From: Octopus sinensis
Lineage: Eukaryota
Direction: 5' to 3'
Length of the DNA: 64,000 nt
Assembly (NCBI RefSeq): GCF_006345805.1
Contig: NC_043001.1
Coordinates: 54,064,001 to 54,128,000 of the forward strand
In this document: positions 24,714-39,531 of the stretch, one piece after another
How positions within the stretch are numbered: the stretch's first letter is position 1
Layout of the letters: each line of letters opens with the position of its first letter
Notes under the pieces: model-generated
What the model saw: only the letters and a program-made list of their open reading frames with translations
Told to the model about the DNA's origin: nothing
Databases searched by the model: none
Made by a program: the position numbers and the translations under genes

Positions 24714-25127
24714 TATCTATAGTAAAAAAACACACAAATTTCCACACGAAAGCACATGATTTCTGCCCTTGGCATGTAGCTTCAACCGTGCTTTCTGACG
24801 TAAATTTGCTACCCGGGTATCGGTTAACCGAATTATCCATACTAGGATAGGCAATAGCCGCCATTTCTCTCACTCTCTAACACTATACCAAACTATATTT
24901 AAAGAAGACTCCAACGAAAAATCTCCAGACATATTCATTGACCCCGACACTGAAGACTGTTTTCACTTCAACTTTTTATAAATTTTTACTGATATTTGAT
25001 AAGATAAGATACATTGAAACCGGTAATAAATCATTTTTATTAAATTTACGCTTAAACTGAAATGTCTTAGACTTACTTGTATGTTATTGCCACCTCCATA
25101 TTACACACACACACACACACACACACA

Positions 25128-25261
<134 letters not shown>

Positions 25262-25389
25262 CATATATATACATACGTACATACATACAAACATACATAC
25301 ATACATAGATACATATAGTCTGTATGTCCAGGTTCCAAAAAACGAGTACTCCATCTAACGAGCGTAAATATCGTTTTTTTATGACCACT

Positions 25390-26917
25390 TCACATGTATG
25401 GCCCACGCTACTAAGAGTTTCACGCACATAGTACCCATGCACGTTCTTCGGGCGGCAGCCATACCATCGGACTTAAGCAATACTGGACCGAATTTTAAAA
25501 TAGTGCGAAAGAAACCCAATATTGGAATGGATTATGTGGAAGATACCATTAGGCTGACTACGCAGAATGTGAATCTCACGATGCGACGATCGAATGCTGT
25601 AAATCGGATGGAAAAAAATTGGGGGGAAAAATATTTTTGGAAAAATATTTTTATGAAAAATATTTTATTAGAATCGTAAGGAATGATTGAGAAGTTTTTA
25701 AAAAATGGGGTAGTTATAAATAAAATACAAAGCTTATAATATAAGGAGAATGTTTTTTTTAAACAGAGGTGCATGTACAAATATAAAGGACATATAAATA
25801 AGGAGATAATATGAAAAAATATATACATATAATAATATTAAAATATATTTCGAAATATAAAATATTTGAGATATAATAAAATAAAAGTAATAAAAATATG
25901 AGTATGAGAAGATATGCTGCCGTGAAATATATATAAACAAAATCAATTGTTGACCAATTCGTCGGGAAGGGGTGATATCTTCCAATTTTTTAAAAGAAAT
26001 TTTTTCATATTTGCTACTACTACAAATCTAGGATGGTGACTTCAAGATCGAGTTTGGTATCCTAGATCTAAATAGGATATGTGCCCTATCTGCCAAACAC
26101 AGCCTGCATTTATTAGAATCATTTATGTATGGTGTAGATTTTTCTATAATCTTCCATTTAATTATGTATCGTATTTTTTTCCGTTTCAGTTCCCAAACAT
26201 AGCTGACCAGTTGCGTAGCATTGCATTTCTCGCTGTAATGGAATGTTGATAAATGATTTGCATAACTTTTTTTGAACGTTCCTTCGCATAACTCTATATA
26301 TGTTTTATCGATTACGTTATTGTTATTAGAGGTTGCAATCACATCAGCGCCGTATATAACTGATTCTGTCATACATTGTTTATCAAGCGGGCAAGACTCA
26401 ATTTACGACAATTACAGCCAGCTTCACTCTTCTGGCATTTACTTCGTGTGATAATGCTTTTCATATTAGGACAGTAACTATTTGAAAGCTTCAACGAATT
26501 CCTATTGAGCAATTTCCTAAATTTGGTCATCTGGCAACTGCTTATTTAAAAGCACGAGGAATTTCATGCCAATGATTTTTTTAAAAAAACATATTCTCCT
26601 GATATTATACGTTTTGTATATTATTTGTACATAACCCTTTTTTAAAAGTGCTCTATAATTATTTACATTACTTATAATTTTTTTTCATAAAATTATTTTT
26701 CCCCAAAAATTTTTTCCATCCGATTTTACAGCATTCGATCGTCGCATTTCGAGATTTACATTCTGCATAGTCAACGTAATGTTATCTTCCGCATAATCCG
26801 TTTTTAAATTCGGTCCAGTATTTAAACTGCTTAAGTTCGATGGTATGGCTGCCGACTGAAGAACGTACACGGGTTCCATATGCGGGAAACTTTTAGTAGC
26901 GTGGACCACATATGTGA
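25390..26917 (-). mobile_element. Penelope-like element fragment flanked by ~350-bp inverted repeats (25390-25762 / 26578-26917)
   Basis: The arms translate to homologous peptides on opposite strands (ORFs 25398+ and 26685-); the interior encodes a PLE C-terminus. Confidence 0.8.
26030..26575 (-). pseudogene. PLE RT-linker plus GIY-YIG endonuclease fragment (disrupted)
   Basis: IGMKFLVLLNK..RKLLNRNSLKLSNSYCPNMKSII..CNCR..CPLDKQCMTESVIYGA..KTYIELCEGTFKKSYANH..YVWELK..KWKIIEK..KCRLCL. Confidence 0.88.
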
Positions 26918-26924
26918 GGTAATC

Positions 26925-26983
<59 letters not shown>

Positions 26984-27169
26984 TGTGTGCCTTTGTCATG
27001 ATAAAAGTTTCTCACTGTAGACAATAGGCGTAAATATACCAACAAGGTTCGCTGAAGCTGATTAGATAGATTTTCTTCCGTATGATATTCTAGTCATCCT
27101 ACAATAACTGGTAGCAGACATCGGCGACTCACTGTAAACAAAAATCGGGGTGGCAGCGCTATGCTGTCT

Positions 27170-27420
<251 letters not shown>

Positions 27421-27616
27421 GTTGTGTAACATAGGGTATATTTATAGACAGGGCAAATTCTAGCCAGATAGATAGATGGATGGATATATTTCTTTTAAAA
27501 TACCGCTCATAACTTTAACATACACACGAAAAATACATTTATAGCGTACTGCCTGATATTCATACACTTATATTAACACATAACATCACATAACCGCTCT
27601 CATTTACAATATACTC

Positions 27617-28032
27617 AGGCAGCGAGCTGGCAGAAATGTTAGCACGCCGGGCGAAACTCTTAGTGGTATTTCGTCTGCCGCTACGTTCTGAGTTCAAATT
27701 TCGCCGAGGTCTACTTTGCCTTTCATTCTTTCGGGGTCGATTAAATAAGTACCAGTTACGCACTGGGGTCGACATAATCGACTTAACCCGTTTGTCTGTC
27801 CTTATTTCTCCCATCTGTGTTTAGCCCCTTGTGGGTAGTAAAGAAATAGGTATTTCGTCTGCCGCTATATTCTGAGTTCAAATTCCATCGAGGTCGACTT
27901 TGCTTTCATCCTTTTGGGGTCGATTAAATAAGTACCATTTACGCACTGGGGTCGATGTAATTGACTTAATCCCTTTATCTGTCCTTGTTTGTCCCCTCTG
28001 CATTTAGTTCCTTGGGGGCAAGAAAGAAATAG
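27617..28032 (+). mobile_element. Dimeric octopus SINE
   Basis: Two tandem gagttcaaatt..gaggtc.actttg..tttcat..ttt.ggggtcgattaaataagtacca modules. Confidence 0.9.
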
Positions 28033-28072
28033 ATTTACTCAGTCTTTACCTAATATTTGTACCGCTGTTTAA

Positions 28073-28470
28073 TCTTTATATATAAAAGTGAAGTTGTGTG
28101 TCTGTTCCTACGATTTAGATTCCTAACAACTCCCACATTTTGCGGTGCAGTTTAACCAAAAGCGGGTATCTTATAGTCGTGATTCATATCAAGCCCTTCT
28201 GGGTATTAGCGTGCGTCGACGATGAGTCTACGATTTTAAAAAAAATTACCATCATTTTTTTCCCATTTTTAATGTATTTTTTTGCTATTATATAAGGGAA
28301 GTAAGTAACTCTCTAAAAATGTATTATTAAATCTCAGAACGTAAAAAGCTACAGTAACACCCCCCTTTGTGGTTAGCCATATTGAGATGGCTATTATACT
28401 TTACATCTCTAAAAATGCTTATATTGTTATTTCCCTTACAAACCCGAGCAACACCGGGCGATACTGCTAG
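28073..28470 (+). mobile_element. Non-autonomous Helitron
   Basis: A|TC start (tctttatatataaaagtgaagttg), subterminal cccgagcaacaccggg hairpin, CTAG|T end. Confidence 0.85.
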
Positions 28471-30893
28471 TCTATAATATAGCTTTCTTTTCATATACTT
28501 TAGACGTTCTGATATGCACACAATTTACCTTACTGCATGCCACCAAACTACCTACATCTGTGCTCTATACCACAAACTATTTTCCCCTCTATTCTTTTTT
28601 TTTATACTTTGAGCTATTTTCTTTTTATTACTTGCTACATGTCTTTCAAGAAGGACAAAGGGTTTGAAGTATAAGAACATTCCTTCTTTTCTCCTTTCCA
28701 TCACTCAACAAAATTTATAACCTTGTATTTTGATTGTTCTTTTGTTTGATTTCTGAGACTTCCTTCGACTTTTTAGCGCGCTTGAGGAAAACAGATACTT
28801 TTCTTTCTAGTTTTCCCTTTTCATGTTACATTGAATCCAGGGGCTTCACATATATCTATGCATAAATACATGTATACATACATACTTATAAGTATGTAAG
28901 AATGTATGTATGTATGTAACACGAACATATAATGTTAAGTATTAATTGAATAAGTGATATCTTTCCGTAACACAGTGCGTAAATGTATTATGACTGTGTA
29001 TAACTGAGTTTTTGTGTTGTCGACTAAATTTCATTTATAAAAGTACTTGAAAGAGCTTACACTGCGAAGTCAAAATATATGATATGAAATCGCTTATCTA
29101 CGATGTAATGGTTATAAAATGGATACTTTCTAATCATCAATAACGCATTTAAGGGCATTATTAGCATAGCTATAACTCAGTTATAGTACCTTTATATGTA
29201 GTGGGATACAAAGCAAAAGAGGTTCAAAGAAATTATGAAAGCAATGAAATGCATTATGGATGTAGAAATACTTTGCAGAATGCATCAGATTTTTTTTCCT
29301 GAAGGGAAGATGTATGTAGGTCACGAACAAATAGACAACTTGCTAAAAACATACTAAACCATATTTAATGGAATGAAAACAGCATTAAAAGATGTAGTCC
29401 TACACGCATTGTATCTGCAAATTAAGTGATTGTAGTGACTGAAATGAATCTTTTCGATTGGGAGAGAACTACAGTAAATGCCACCTCGAAAAGTCACTTT
29501 ATTTATATTTTTCTGCTTTGTAGGTAGAGGGAAACTGGAACTAAAAAGATAGTTATGTTAGTGATTTTTGAACTCAAGATTTAGTAAATGATACAAATAC
29601 AAATGTTTTTCCTTATGTCTACGTGAAGTTTCCCTGCATACGGAGCTACAGGTTTGATATCCAGATTTATCATTTATTCAGAAGGAAAACCTACGCCAAT
29701 TACCCCTTGCAGGGCCTTAGAGAGCGGTGAAAGGGAGAAAAGTATACATTCTGAAGTCAGAACACTGGCCTGAATGCTCGCAACAGAGTCTGTTCGGGTA
29801 AAGGTACTTAAGACGTTTTTGGTCCTTTTTAGCCGGGCAACAGATTAATTCCACCAACTAGGTACCCCTGGGATCTGAAGCAGATACAAAATCGCAAGAC
29901 ATCCATTCTGACAATCTACAACTGTAAGTAAAAAAATTACCTCAGCGATATTTGAACTCAGAAAGCAAGATACCGGCAAAAGTATCAAAAGGTATTTCGT
30001 CCGATGATTTAACACTTGCCAATTTACAGCCTAATACTGCAAGAATAATTCATATGGTTGGTCGAAAAATAATACTTTCAATCCATATGAGTAATCGATA
30101 ATGTTTCGTTTTGAAACAAAAATATTCAGACCAAAAGGGAAATAAGAATCACAGAAAATATACGGAAGCATAGTTGGCTTCTAAAGGGAGAGCGTAATAT
30201 TCTTCCTTTCCCTCACTTTCCGTATTGCTAGTATTTTTGTGGTTATTCATTAAGAACTATCTTATATCTTAAACTATAAGTCATATACAATACAAAGTGT
30301 AACCTTACTTTAGTCACTTGAAAAATCCGAAAATACGAAATACGATTGCTCACAGAAAGGAAGATTTGTACACATAGTCTGAAAAAAAAACTTTAAAATC
30401 TCTTTCATTTTTAAGCCTGTGTTCCATTCTTGGCAGTTGATGAAATATATCACAAACCGAACTGACATAAAACTTTATCGTTTAGATGACGACAATATAC
30501 AAAAGCTTTTGGATGTGCATTTATCATATTATCTCTCTATCTCTTCAAAGTATAATGTTATGAAACGCGGCAAGTATAAGTGAGTGAGAGTAACTATTCA
30601 AGACATGACGATTATTGACGTTTTTCTTATGAGTAGTTGAAATTACCTGAGAGGAACTGCTTTTTTAGTTACTTTATCTTCTATCCTTTCTTGTTTTTCT
30701 GCTGTTTATATACGATGCATATTATTGAAGGCTACATTTCATAAAGATTTATACCTATGTATAGATAGATGTGTGTGTGTCTATATGTGTGTATGTATGT
30801 ATATGTGTATACGTATACACATATACATACATACACACTCCCATAGACACACACATACACAACTATGTATATATTTTTATAAATATAATGTAT

Positions 30894-30945
<52 letters not shown>

Positions 30946-33900
30946 TGTGCGATACATGGAAACTTTACAAAAACATTTCAAAAACTACTTTGGCTTTCTA
31001 CCACTTTTCTCCTTACACGTTTGTGTATGATAAGCTACAAGAGATAAACATCAGTTGGCACCAGTATTCATAGCTTTGAGCAATAATTTGAAATATGAAA
31101 GAAAGTAACGCTGGAAATATATAAACAGCTCAACAACGCAAAGTACATAAGTTAGCATTCCCATATCACTTTTGAGAGTTTAAAACATAGCTAGAATGGT
31201 ATAGCTACATGCATTCTCAGGTATAAATATGACTACTATACGTTATGAGAGCTATTGTGATACTCTATTCTAAGTCCAATTGACGTTTTAGCATATGCTA
31301 TTAACTTATATTTCAATACGTTTAATATCAGTCATTTGAAATGTTATACAATGTACCAAAATGTGTAGCTTATATGCAAGTCCATATACCAGAATGGATA
31401 GTACGACGATATACCTGCCATAAGATAATTATTTATGATCTTCTATGATCTTAGTTCAAATCTTTTCCATACATCCGTTGCCGATAAACAGTACAGTGTA
31501 GTATTGGATTTCAATTAATCGACCACAGCAATCTACATATTTTGAGAGTTTATTCTTATATAAGGAATCCATAATATTTCTTATGCAAGCATAAAGTTTT
31601 GAATATGTAGAAGAGTGTATAGTCGATGTATCGATTTCAATAAAGGCCTGATACTAAAAATATCGTTACTGAAGTGATAAAGAGCAACATCGGCTGTGAC
31701 GTAATATGAATTCAAAATATAGAATAGAAGTGAATGCCATTATATACTCATTGCGATATCATTTCCACTCGTAGTTTAAAGATTACTGTTAGATGTTATC
31801 TGTCATAAAAAAGATATTACAGGGATGCATATATTTTTGCGCATCGATCTGAGTGAAAAATAGTACAATATCCACATTAAAATATATACATTTAAATATA
31901 CGTAACTGAAGTATTTTTAGTCAACATTTAGTCTAATTTATATAAACGGGCATCCTATAATAATATTGACGAAAATCTATTCAGTCAAGCCTCCTCCTGT
32001 GTTATCTTCAGATAATTTATCCAGTAATACTATCAAATTTATTTTGAAGATCAGAAGTGGCTAAATAGCACTTTGGGTGCATTGAGATGAGTCTTTTTTT
32101 TTTCAATATATTTACCATTTTGCATCCTTATTTGCTGATTCTAATATACATATTTTTGTCTCTACATTTTAAAGCAGAAATTTCACACAAACATGTATAA
32201 GCATGATCATGCACCAAATGTAAAAATCTGATAAATGATGGAAATGATACCATGCCTTACTCATGCATTTTTACAAATAATACAAAAGCAATGTAATTGG
32301 ATACAAGATGTATGTGTATTACATGCATATGCTACAGCTACATTCTGCTCCAAAACGAAGACTACCGCAACATCTATATATATGTATGTATGTTTGTATG
32401 CATGCATATATGTATGTATATAGCTAAAGAGAAATACTCTGATTTGAAAGTAAACCAGAAAGGGAATATACGATTATTAATATACCCATGATAGATGAAG
32501 TCATATATATGCAGCAGTAGGAAAAATAATTAAAAAGAAGAAAGAATAAGTATCTTGTTAGTTCTACCACCATAAGGATGTCAAAAACGAATGATGAATG
32601 AAACAAATATTAAAAAAAAGGCAAAAATATAAAATTCAAATCTCTCAGTTTCAAATGAAACTACTAACAAAAACACAGAATTGAACAAAAATAAACAGTA
32701 CAGAAACATAATATTGTAAAACGAGGGCTACTCAGAGACAAATAGCGCCTGAAAAAGAAGACCCTTGTTATATCGGCTGGCAATCTTTCCGTACAAAATT
32801 AAACCCGCAGAAATTTTCTAAGCATAACAAACAGGTCTACTCTTATTCAGTTGATCTTACCATAAGCCTATTAACAGATTTTTCAGTTTTTTAGCGATGT
32901 GTCCTAGCTAATAACAACCGCCTATGAGTAATGACTAATATCGATACTATGCATATACTTTACAAATGTCATTAATAAATAGGAAAGAAATCAGCTGATA
33001 GGGAAAGGGTATTGTTATAGTAAATCACATTTCTACAAGAAGAGGAATATTTTCTGATATCTATGAGGATCCACTTCATTTTTGTTAAGTTTTCAACACC
33101 TTTAACCAACAAACTAAACAAGATTAATCGTGGAATAAAATGTTATGTGAAGCTAATCAACTATATTTTGTACATGGATTTATGCTGCAGATAATATACA
33201 ATCAAAAACCCAGTTTCTGACAGTTCACTCATTTACGATTCATATGAAATAAAACATAAAAAGGGAATTTGATGAAGCGTAAATGGCATATAAGATGATA
33301 ATATTTTTCCTCTTAAATGGTAAAGACGATAGTCTTGAATATTCTATCTGTACCAGTTAAAGGTTTTAGGCATAGTATACTTAATCAAGCATTATTCAAA
33401 CTAGTTACACTAAAGAGAAAGAAATACCGATAATTAGAATACACCACTAAAAGATCTAAGACACACACACACACATATATATATATATTAATGTTGAATA
33501 CATAAATGTAGGGGATTTTACAGCTAGAAATATCTCCAGCACTTCTATAAAAATAGAGTAGCGCATGACAGACAGATTAGACTGAAGGGTTTGGTTATAT
33601 GATGGAATGCAGAGTAAGGATGTAGAGCTTGTGAAGAAAAAATCCAGTCCTATTTGTTCAGCCTGTCTCAATATTAACATACTGTTAGAGTTGGACATTT
33701 CAAAGACAGAGCGTTATGTCAGCAATATTAAATGCCTCGAGACACAAGTTACTATAATCATACGTCGGGAAATACTAATCCTTGCAGATAAGGATATCAA
33801 TGTTAATTGAATTCATGTTATCATCAGGATCTAACAAGAAAGGAATTTTCTTCCGATTGAGGTTCTAACAAACCATGATGCATCCCTGTGATAAATGATG

Positions 33901-34007
33901 AATCAACGCATATATAAAGATCTGGAGAAAAAAGATTGTAAAGGGAACTGGTTGCTTCTTTACACTTTTGGGATGCAACTTGGGTGCAACACAATTTCCT
34001 TTCTTTT

Positions 34008-34497
34008 TGTTTCTAGAAACTACCAGTCAGGAACGAAAAGCAAGTTTAGAAATATATAATTCTTTATTCTCTTATTCAACAATGAAACACGATGGTATAC
34101 TGGTATCCATTCTTACAACAATTCAGCAGCAATAGATAGGTTAAATCCCAAACGTCTGGGACAGGAGAATAGGTTGATCACACGTATGAAAATACGTCCT
34201 TTCTCTTCGATCGCCGTGCCTCAAGTTCCCGAACGCTATTAAGGAACGCTATGGAATTTATTCTTCAGTCTCTAGCGCATGTGCATGGGGGAACTTCCTT
34301 ATGCCTTTCCAGAATGTTCTAGAAGGTTCCAACACCGCACACGCACACTGAAGAAGGACGTTCCGCACACGCACACTGAAGAATGACGTTGCGTGTGTGC
34401 ACACTGGAACATGACGTCACTACAAAGGTGACGTTCCGCACACGCATACTGAAGAATGACGTTGCGTGTGCGCACACTGGAATATGACGTCACTACA
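34008..34497 (-). mobile_element. Possible solo LTR (boundaries uncertain)
   Basis: Minus strand starts TGTAGTGACGTCA, carries 73-bp tandem motifs, HSE, then AATAAA signals. No matching TSD found. Confidence 0.35.
34289..34492. promoter_or_regulatory. Cluster of a kappaB-like site, a perfect 5-unit heat-shock element, two full CREs and two MRE cores
   Basis: GGGAACTTCC 34289-98; TTCcaGAAtgTTCtaGAAggTTC 34307-29; TGACGTCA 34412-19 and 34485-92; TGCACAC 34398-404; TGCGCAC 34469-75. Function untested. Confidence 0.5.
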
Positions 34498-34754
34498 AGA
34501 TAACCAGAATATGATGAAGGAAAAAAGTTAGCTTGAAAATTATTTATAAATATGAAGGCAAATGCATATTTAAGACTATAATGTAAGAATTTATACATAT
34601 ACACAGCACACAGAAAATAGCGTTACTCTGCAGACACATTACGTAATATCTTTCATTAAAATAGACAACACAAAAACAAACAAAAATATTGCAGGTATCT
34701 AAGGTCTACAGAGCTGCGCGCTATCATTCAGTGAATGTATAAAATAAGTATCAG

Positions 34755-34779
34755 ATTGCTGAATTATTATTATTATTAT

Positions 34780-34825
<46 letters not shown>

Positions 34826-34864
34826 TATTATTATTATCATTATTGTTGTTGTTGTTATTATTGT

Positions 34865-34916
<52 letters not shown>

Positions 34917-34954
34917 TGCAGTAGTAGAAGTAGTAGTAGTAATAGTAGTAGTAA

Positions 34955-35022
<68 letters not shown>

Positions 35023-35038
35023 TAACAACAACAACAAT
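34755..35038. repeat. Compound trinucleotide microsatellite (ATT)n-(GTT)n-(AGT)n
   Basis: Direct reading. Confidence 0.97.
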
Positions 35039-35895
35039 AATATTTCAATCCCGCTAGGGTGTTTTCTAAACTAATTAACCGTCTTAACAAAAGATTTCTT
35101 TTTCATATTCTATTTTTCAAGTAGGAGAATTCGAAAAAATTGAAATCTCTGTCGCTTGAGATTCCACTCCTTCTCCATTTAATTCTGATAATCAAAATGA
35201 GCTATTCCAACTTAAGCAATATTCCTTAATATCATGCGATTTCTTTATAATTTTACAATCAGAACATCCATTCATATTCTATATTATCAAAATTATTGAA
35301 AAGAACTCTGAAGTTCCATATTACTTGTTTTCGCACAAAGTATAAAAATAAGTGAGAAGAACAAAAGTATTTAGAGTTGTCTGTAGCAATCAATGAACAA
35401 AATTATTTGTATTCCCCATGCTGTTTCGTGAAGTATTTTCTAATACTATTGAATTTAGACTTGCATATATTTAAAAGAAAGGAAAATTACAGGTATAAAG
35501 GTAGAAATAATATGCTCATATATTCACATAATTCATTGCTTATATCGACGCAATTAAATGAGCATCTCTGTGTAATGTATAGGTGAACAATTCTTCATAA
35601 ATATATAAAATATGTATTTATGTAATGGACACACACACTCACACACACACAGATATGCCAATTTATTTTATATATTTGTAAATATTTACTAGGTTATACG
35701 TGCACAAATATCTCACGGGTATTCTACAGTCCGTCAAAATGTGGGCGTCATTGAGGACGAAATGATGGTTATTCTGTTTATGTATGTAATACTATAATTG
35801 ATTTAAAGATGGATCGATTCGTATATAGACTCATCACGTTAAAGTATAATACAACACTAGCTTATAAGAAACGTACGTCGGAGATTTATATATTA

Positions 35896-36278
35896 CTCGC
35901 AGTATGGTCCGGCGTTGCTCGGGTTTGTTTCGACCCTTTATAATTGGAATTTTTCAAAAGTAACAATTTTGCATTATGTAGCTCTTTAAGTGAACATTTT
36001 TCTGGTTGAAATACACCGAAAAATGACGACACAGCAGTCAAGAAATCGTAAAAAATAGGGATTTTCATAGAAAAAAGCGCCTTTTTGATGTAAATAATTT
36101 TTGGTGTTAACATGGTTCGATTTGAATTTTATCTTCTACGGAATGAAGAGCAATCTTTCTATCATACTCTCAATCTCAATTTTGGTCAATTTGCACCGCT
36201 GGGTCTCGGAGGCGATAGTGTTAGTTGAAGGCTACCAAACCTGCCACACACAGACAACTTCAGCTTTATATATATAAA
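35896..36278 (-). mobile_element. Non-autonomous Helitron, termini related to 28073-28470
   Basis: Minus strand begins tatatataaagctgaagttgtc and ends cccgagcaacgccggaccatactgcgag|t (degenerate CTAG). Confidence 0.75.
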
Positions 36279-36769
36279 TTAGCAATTAAACATGTGTAAT
36301 TCTTTATCTTTATTTGTGTTTTCGTTGAAGTGATCTAATGTATGTTCTTCGAAGAGAACGAATTTCGATTTTCTAATCCAACTGAAGTACAAGTGTAGTT
36401 GTATGACCGACACACGGATCCTAATGTTTCTCACAAGTCGATACAGTTAGTCATGTGTGGATTACTATAGTGTCATTAAAAATTATGGGCATAGATTTTA
36501 AAATAACTATTCTGTTATATTATGTGCGCGCGCGTGTCTGTATGTTTGTGTGTGTGCGTTTGTGTGTGTGTGTGTGCGTTTGTGTGTGCGTGTGTGCGTT
36601 TGTGTGTGTGTGGTACAAAACTGAACACAAGGTTTGACAAGCTCAGTTTACAAGCTACTCAGTTCTGGTCTTAGGTGATTTCTTAGATACGACAAACTTA
36701 GGTTAGGCTTTTGGGAATAAGAACTGTTCTGGACGATGAATTTGTTTGCATTATATTATATTATATGCT

Positions 36770-36982
36770 AAGGCGGTGAACTGGTAGAATCGCTAGCACG
36801 CCGGGTGAAGAGCCTAGCGCCATTTCGTCCGTTTCACGTTCTGAATTCAAATTCCGCTGCGGTCGACTTTGCCTTTTATCCTTTCGAGGTCGACAAATTA
36901 AGCACCAGTGAAACACTGGGATTGATATAATCAACCTGTCCCCTCTCACAAAATTTTAGGCCGTGTGCCTTTAGTAAAAAGG
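36770..36982 (+). mobile_element. Octopus SINE with 20-bp TSD
   Basis: attatattatattatatgct at 36750-36769 and 36983-37002. Confidence 0.9.
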
Positions 36983-37255
36983 ATTATATTATATTATATG
37001 CTGGGTATGTGTAATGTTCGTATCTTTGTGTATTGAAGGAATTCATCAGTGGGGCGGGGGGCGTGTGGAGTTCGTATGTTGTATATATTCAATGTTCACT
37101 TTTAGGGAAGAAACCTACCCTGGTGGGATCGGCGGAGTGGGTCGTGGTTCCTCTTTGAAAATCGCTGTGTAAAATACTGATTGTGTGTGCAGTTAGAGGT
37201 TTTATCTCTGTTTAAGACGTTTCCTTTCACTAGATGGCATTTAGCCTTCATACAT

Positions 37256-37318
<63 letters not shown>

Positions 37319-37430
37319 TATATATATCCGAGGCTACATTAGAAGACACTTGCCCAAAGTAGCGAGCAGCGGGACAGAGCCCGAGACCATGTGGTTGGGA
37401 ATCAAAGTTCTTAAACCACAGCTACACCTG

Positions 37431-37505
<75 letters not shown>

Positions 37506-38607
37506 ATATATATATATATTAATGCATCACTTAGATAATGTTATCACTTTGAACTGAATCCGCACGATAAATTTGAGTCTAATATTAGTATAAATTCAAT
37601 CGAAATGTAAACCATTCCCTGTTCCTGCAACTAAGCAAAGTACTTATATACAAATACAGACATTCATCAAGATGTAAACCGTCGACATTTCTTTCTCAAA
37701 GAAAAATACACCGATGCCAGAGAAAAAAGTTTATTTTAAAGTATTTCTACAGCAGACCGAAAGCTTCATCAAAGGAATACGATAAAATGCCTATTTCCTC
37801 GAGAAAAATGCAACAAACGAACCAAAAAAGAAAAAAAAACACAATTGTGGACTGAAAACAATTATTTCTTTACCTCTAAACATTCTTAACCAGCCATTTG
37901 GAAAGAATCTCCTCAACATGGTAAAAGCAAAAGAAAAAGAAAAGATTGCAAACATACAAGAATAAATTCCAAGATGTCATACACAGAAGAACCAACGCGA
38001 TATAGAACAACCTCTTTGTTAAATCAGATAAAACTAGGAATATACATAGAGTAAAGAAGTTTCTGTAAACTTATGTACAATACTGTGTGAAGTACTTATT
38101 AAAAAAATCAATGTGCTGTGGCTGAATGAAATGAATGTATTTGTCAAAGCATGGCTTCTAATATTTGTGTTGAAGGATGATGCCCTTTACTAAATTAACA
38201 AATGCCGTACGTATTTAAAAGATCACAAACTTAATTTCACACACCATCTGATTACCAGATAGATAACCGCAATAAAAACTGATTAGAAACCGTAAGTAAA
38301 TTTCTTCTACATTCATACACTTGTAAAATTAAGTAACAATCACTATTATTACTTTGGAGCAGTTTCTTCGTAGCCACACACTAGCTTAAAGAAATAGAAG
38401 ATAAATTATATTATCATTTCTTTTTAATTATCTAAAATTTCACAATTATCTAAATTATCAGAATTTCACAATTTATCTAAAAATTGTGAAGTTTTAGATA
38501 ATTAAAATATTTAAGTATAATTTGAAATGTTTCAATATATTTTAAAATGTATAATTATACTGAAATTTCTTAGATATTGTTCTCAATCTTGAACTTGTAA
38601 CAATAAC

Positions 38608-39531
38608 TACGAAGTGAATCCCAACGTTTTTTTTACTTTTATGAGAGGTATTTATATCTGCCCTCGATTATTGTTGCCTTAGTATATCCTTACCATACAT
38701 TTAATAAGCCGCTTTGTTAACTTTTGTCATCCTGGATTCAAGAAAGCATCTGTCACCCCAGTTTGAATATACCCTGCTAAACACTACTTGTTACAGCTGA
38801 TTACTTTGCAGAATGCAGTCGGGCGCTTAGAAGCTCGTTACACAATAACGTTTTGTGAAGTTTTGTGTAAAACTGGGCAAGAAACCTGCGTAAATTTATG
38901 AAATACACCCAGACTGCTTATGAATTTATTTCGTCGGAAGCACAAGATATTCAAGAACGCTGTAGTATGAGTGATATACGATGCAGGGAATGTTAGAGAG
39001 AGGGATGTCAGAATATGAGATCCGGTTAAGAAAATTCACGAATAACTGGATAAAGACCGTCGTGTGTCTATAAAGACATTAAGCATACAGTTTGAAATTG
39101 GTATGGCTATGTACACAGAATTATTTATGAAGATCTGAAAATGCGCAAAAAATTATTAATTTTTGTACCCAGAGTGGTCGGGGACGATTATCTTGGTAAA
39201 CAACTGCTTGACAGATATGGTATCAAAACTGTCCCTCTCCGTCAGTCAAGACCTTGCTGTCTGCGTCCTTTGGTTGTTTCCCAGTCTGAAGGAGAACCAC
39301 AGGGGCAGTTGTTTTGAATATGAAGGAGAATAAATTATTCACATTCAAAAGACTCCCGGGCAGCTTCACTATGGAAGCCTTCCATGTGGCCTCCCCGAGG
39401 TGACTGGAGCAAGTCAACATTTGCACTGCAGTTAGAGGAGCAGCTCTTGAAGAGGATTTAAAGTTTGCACATCTTAGAAGTTAATAAATATCTCACCTCA
39501 AAAGTCTGAAACTTCTGGAATGCAACTTGTA
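38608..39531 (+). mobile_element. Internally deleted, decayed mariner element with degenerate TIRs
   Basis: RFVKFCVKLGK.., LDKDRRVSIKTL.., LDRYGIKTVP.. remnants; ends tacgaagtg... and ...gcaacttgta. Confidence 0.7.

Noticed and set aside
25945-25975. Possible HHR relic downstream of the GIY-YIG fragment (ccgacga-attg..caat)
   Set aside because: No GAAA box or cleavage triplet.
36995-37055. Minus-strand CTGATGA...GAAc motif
   Set aside because: Stems I and II do not pair; too degenerate to call.
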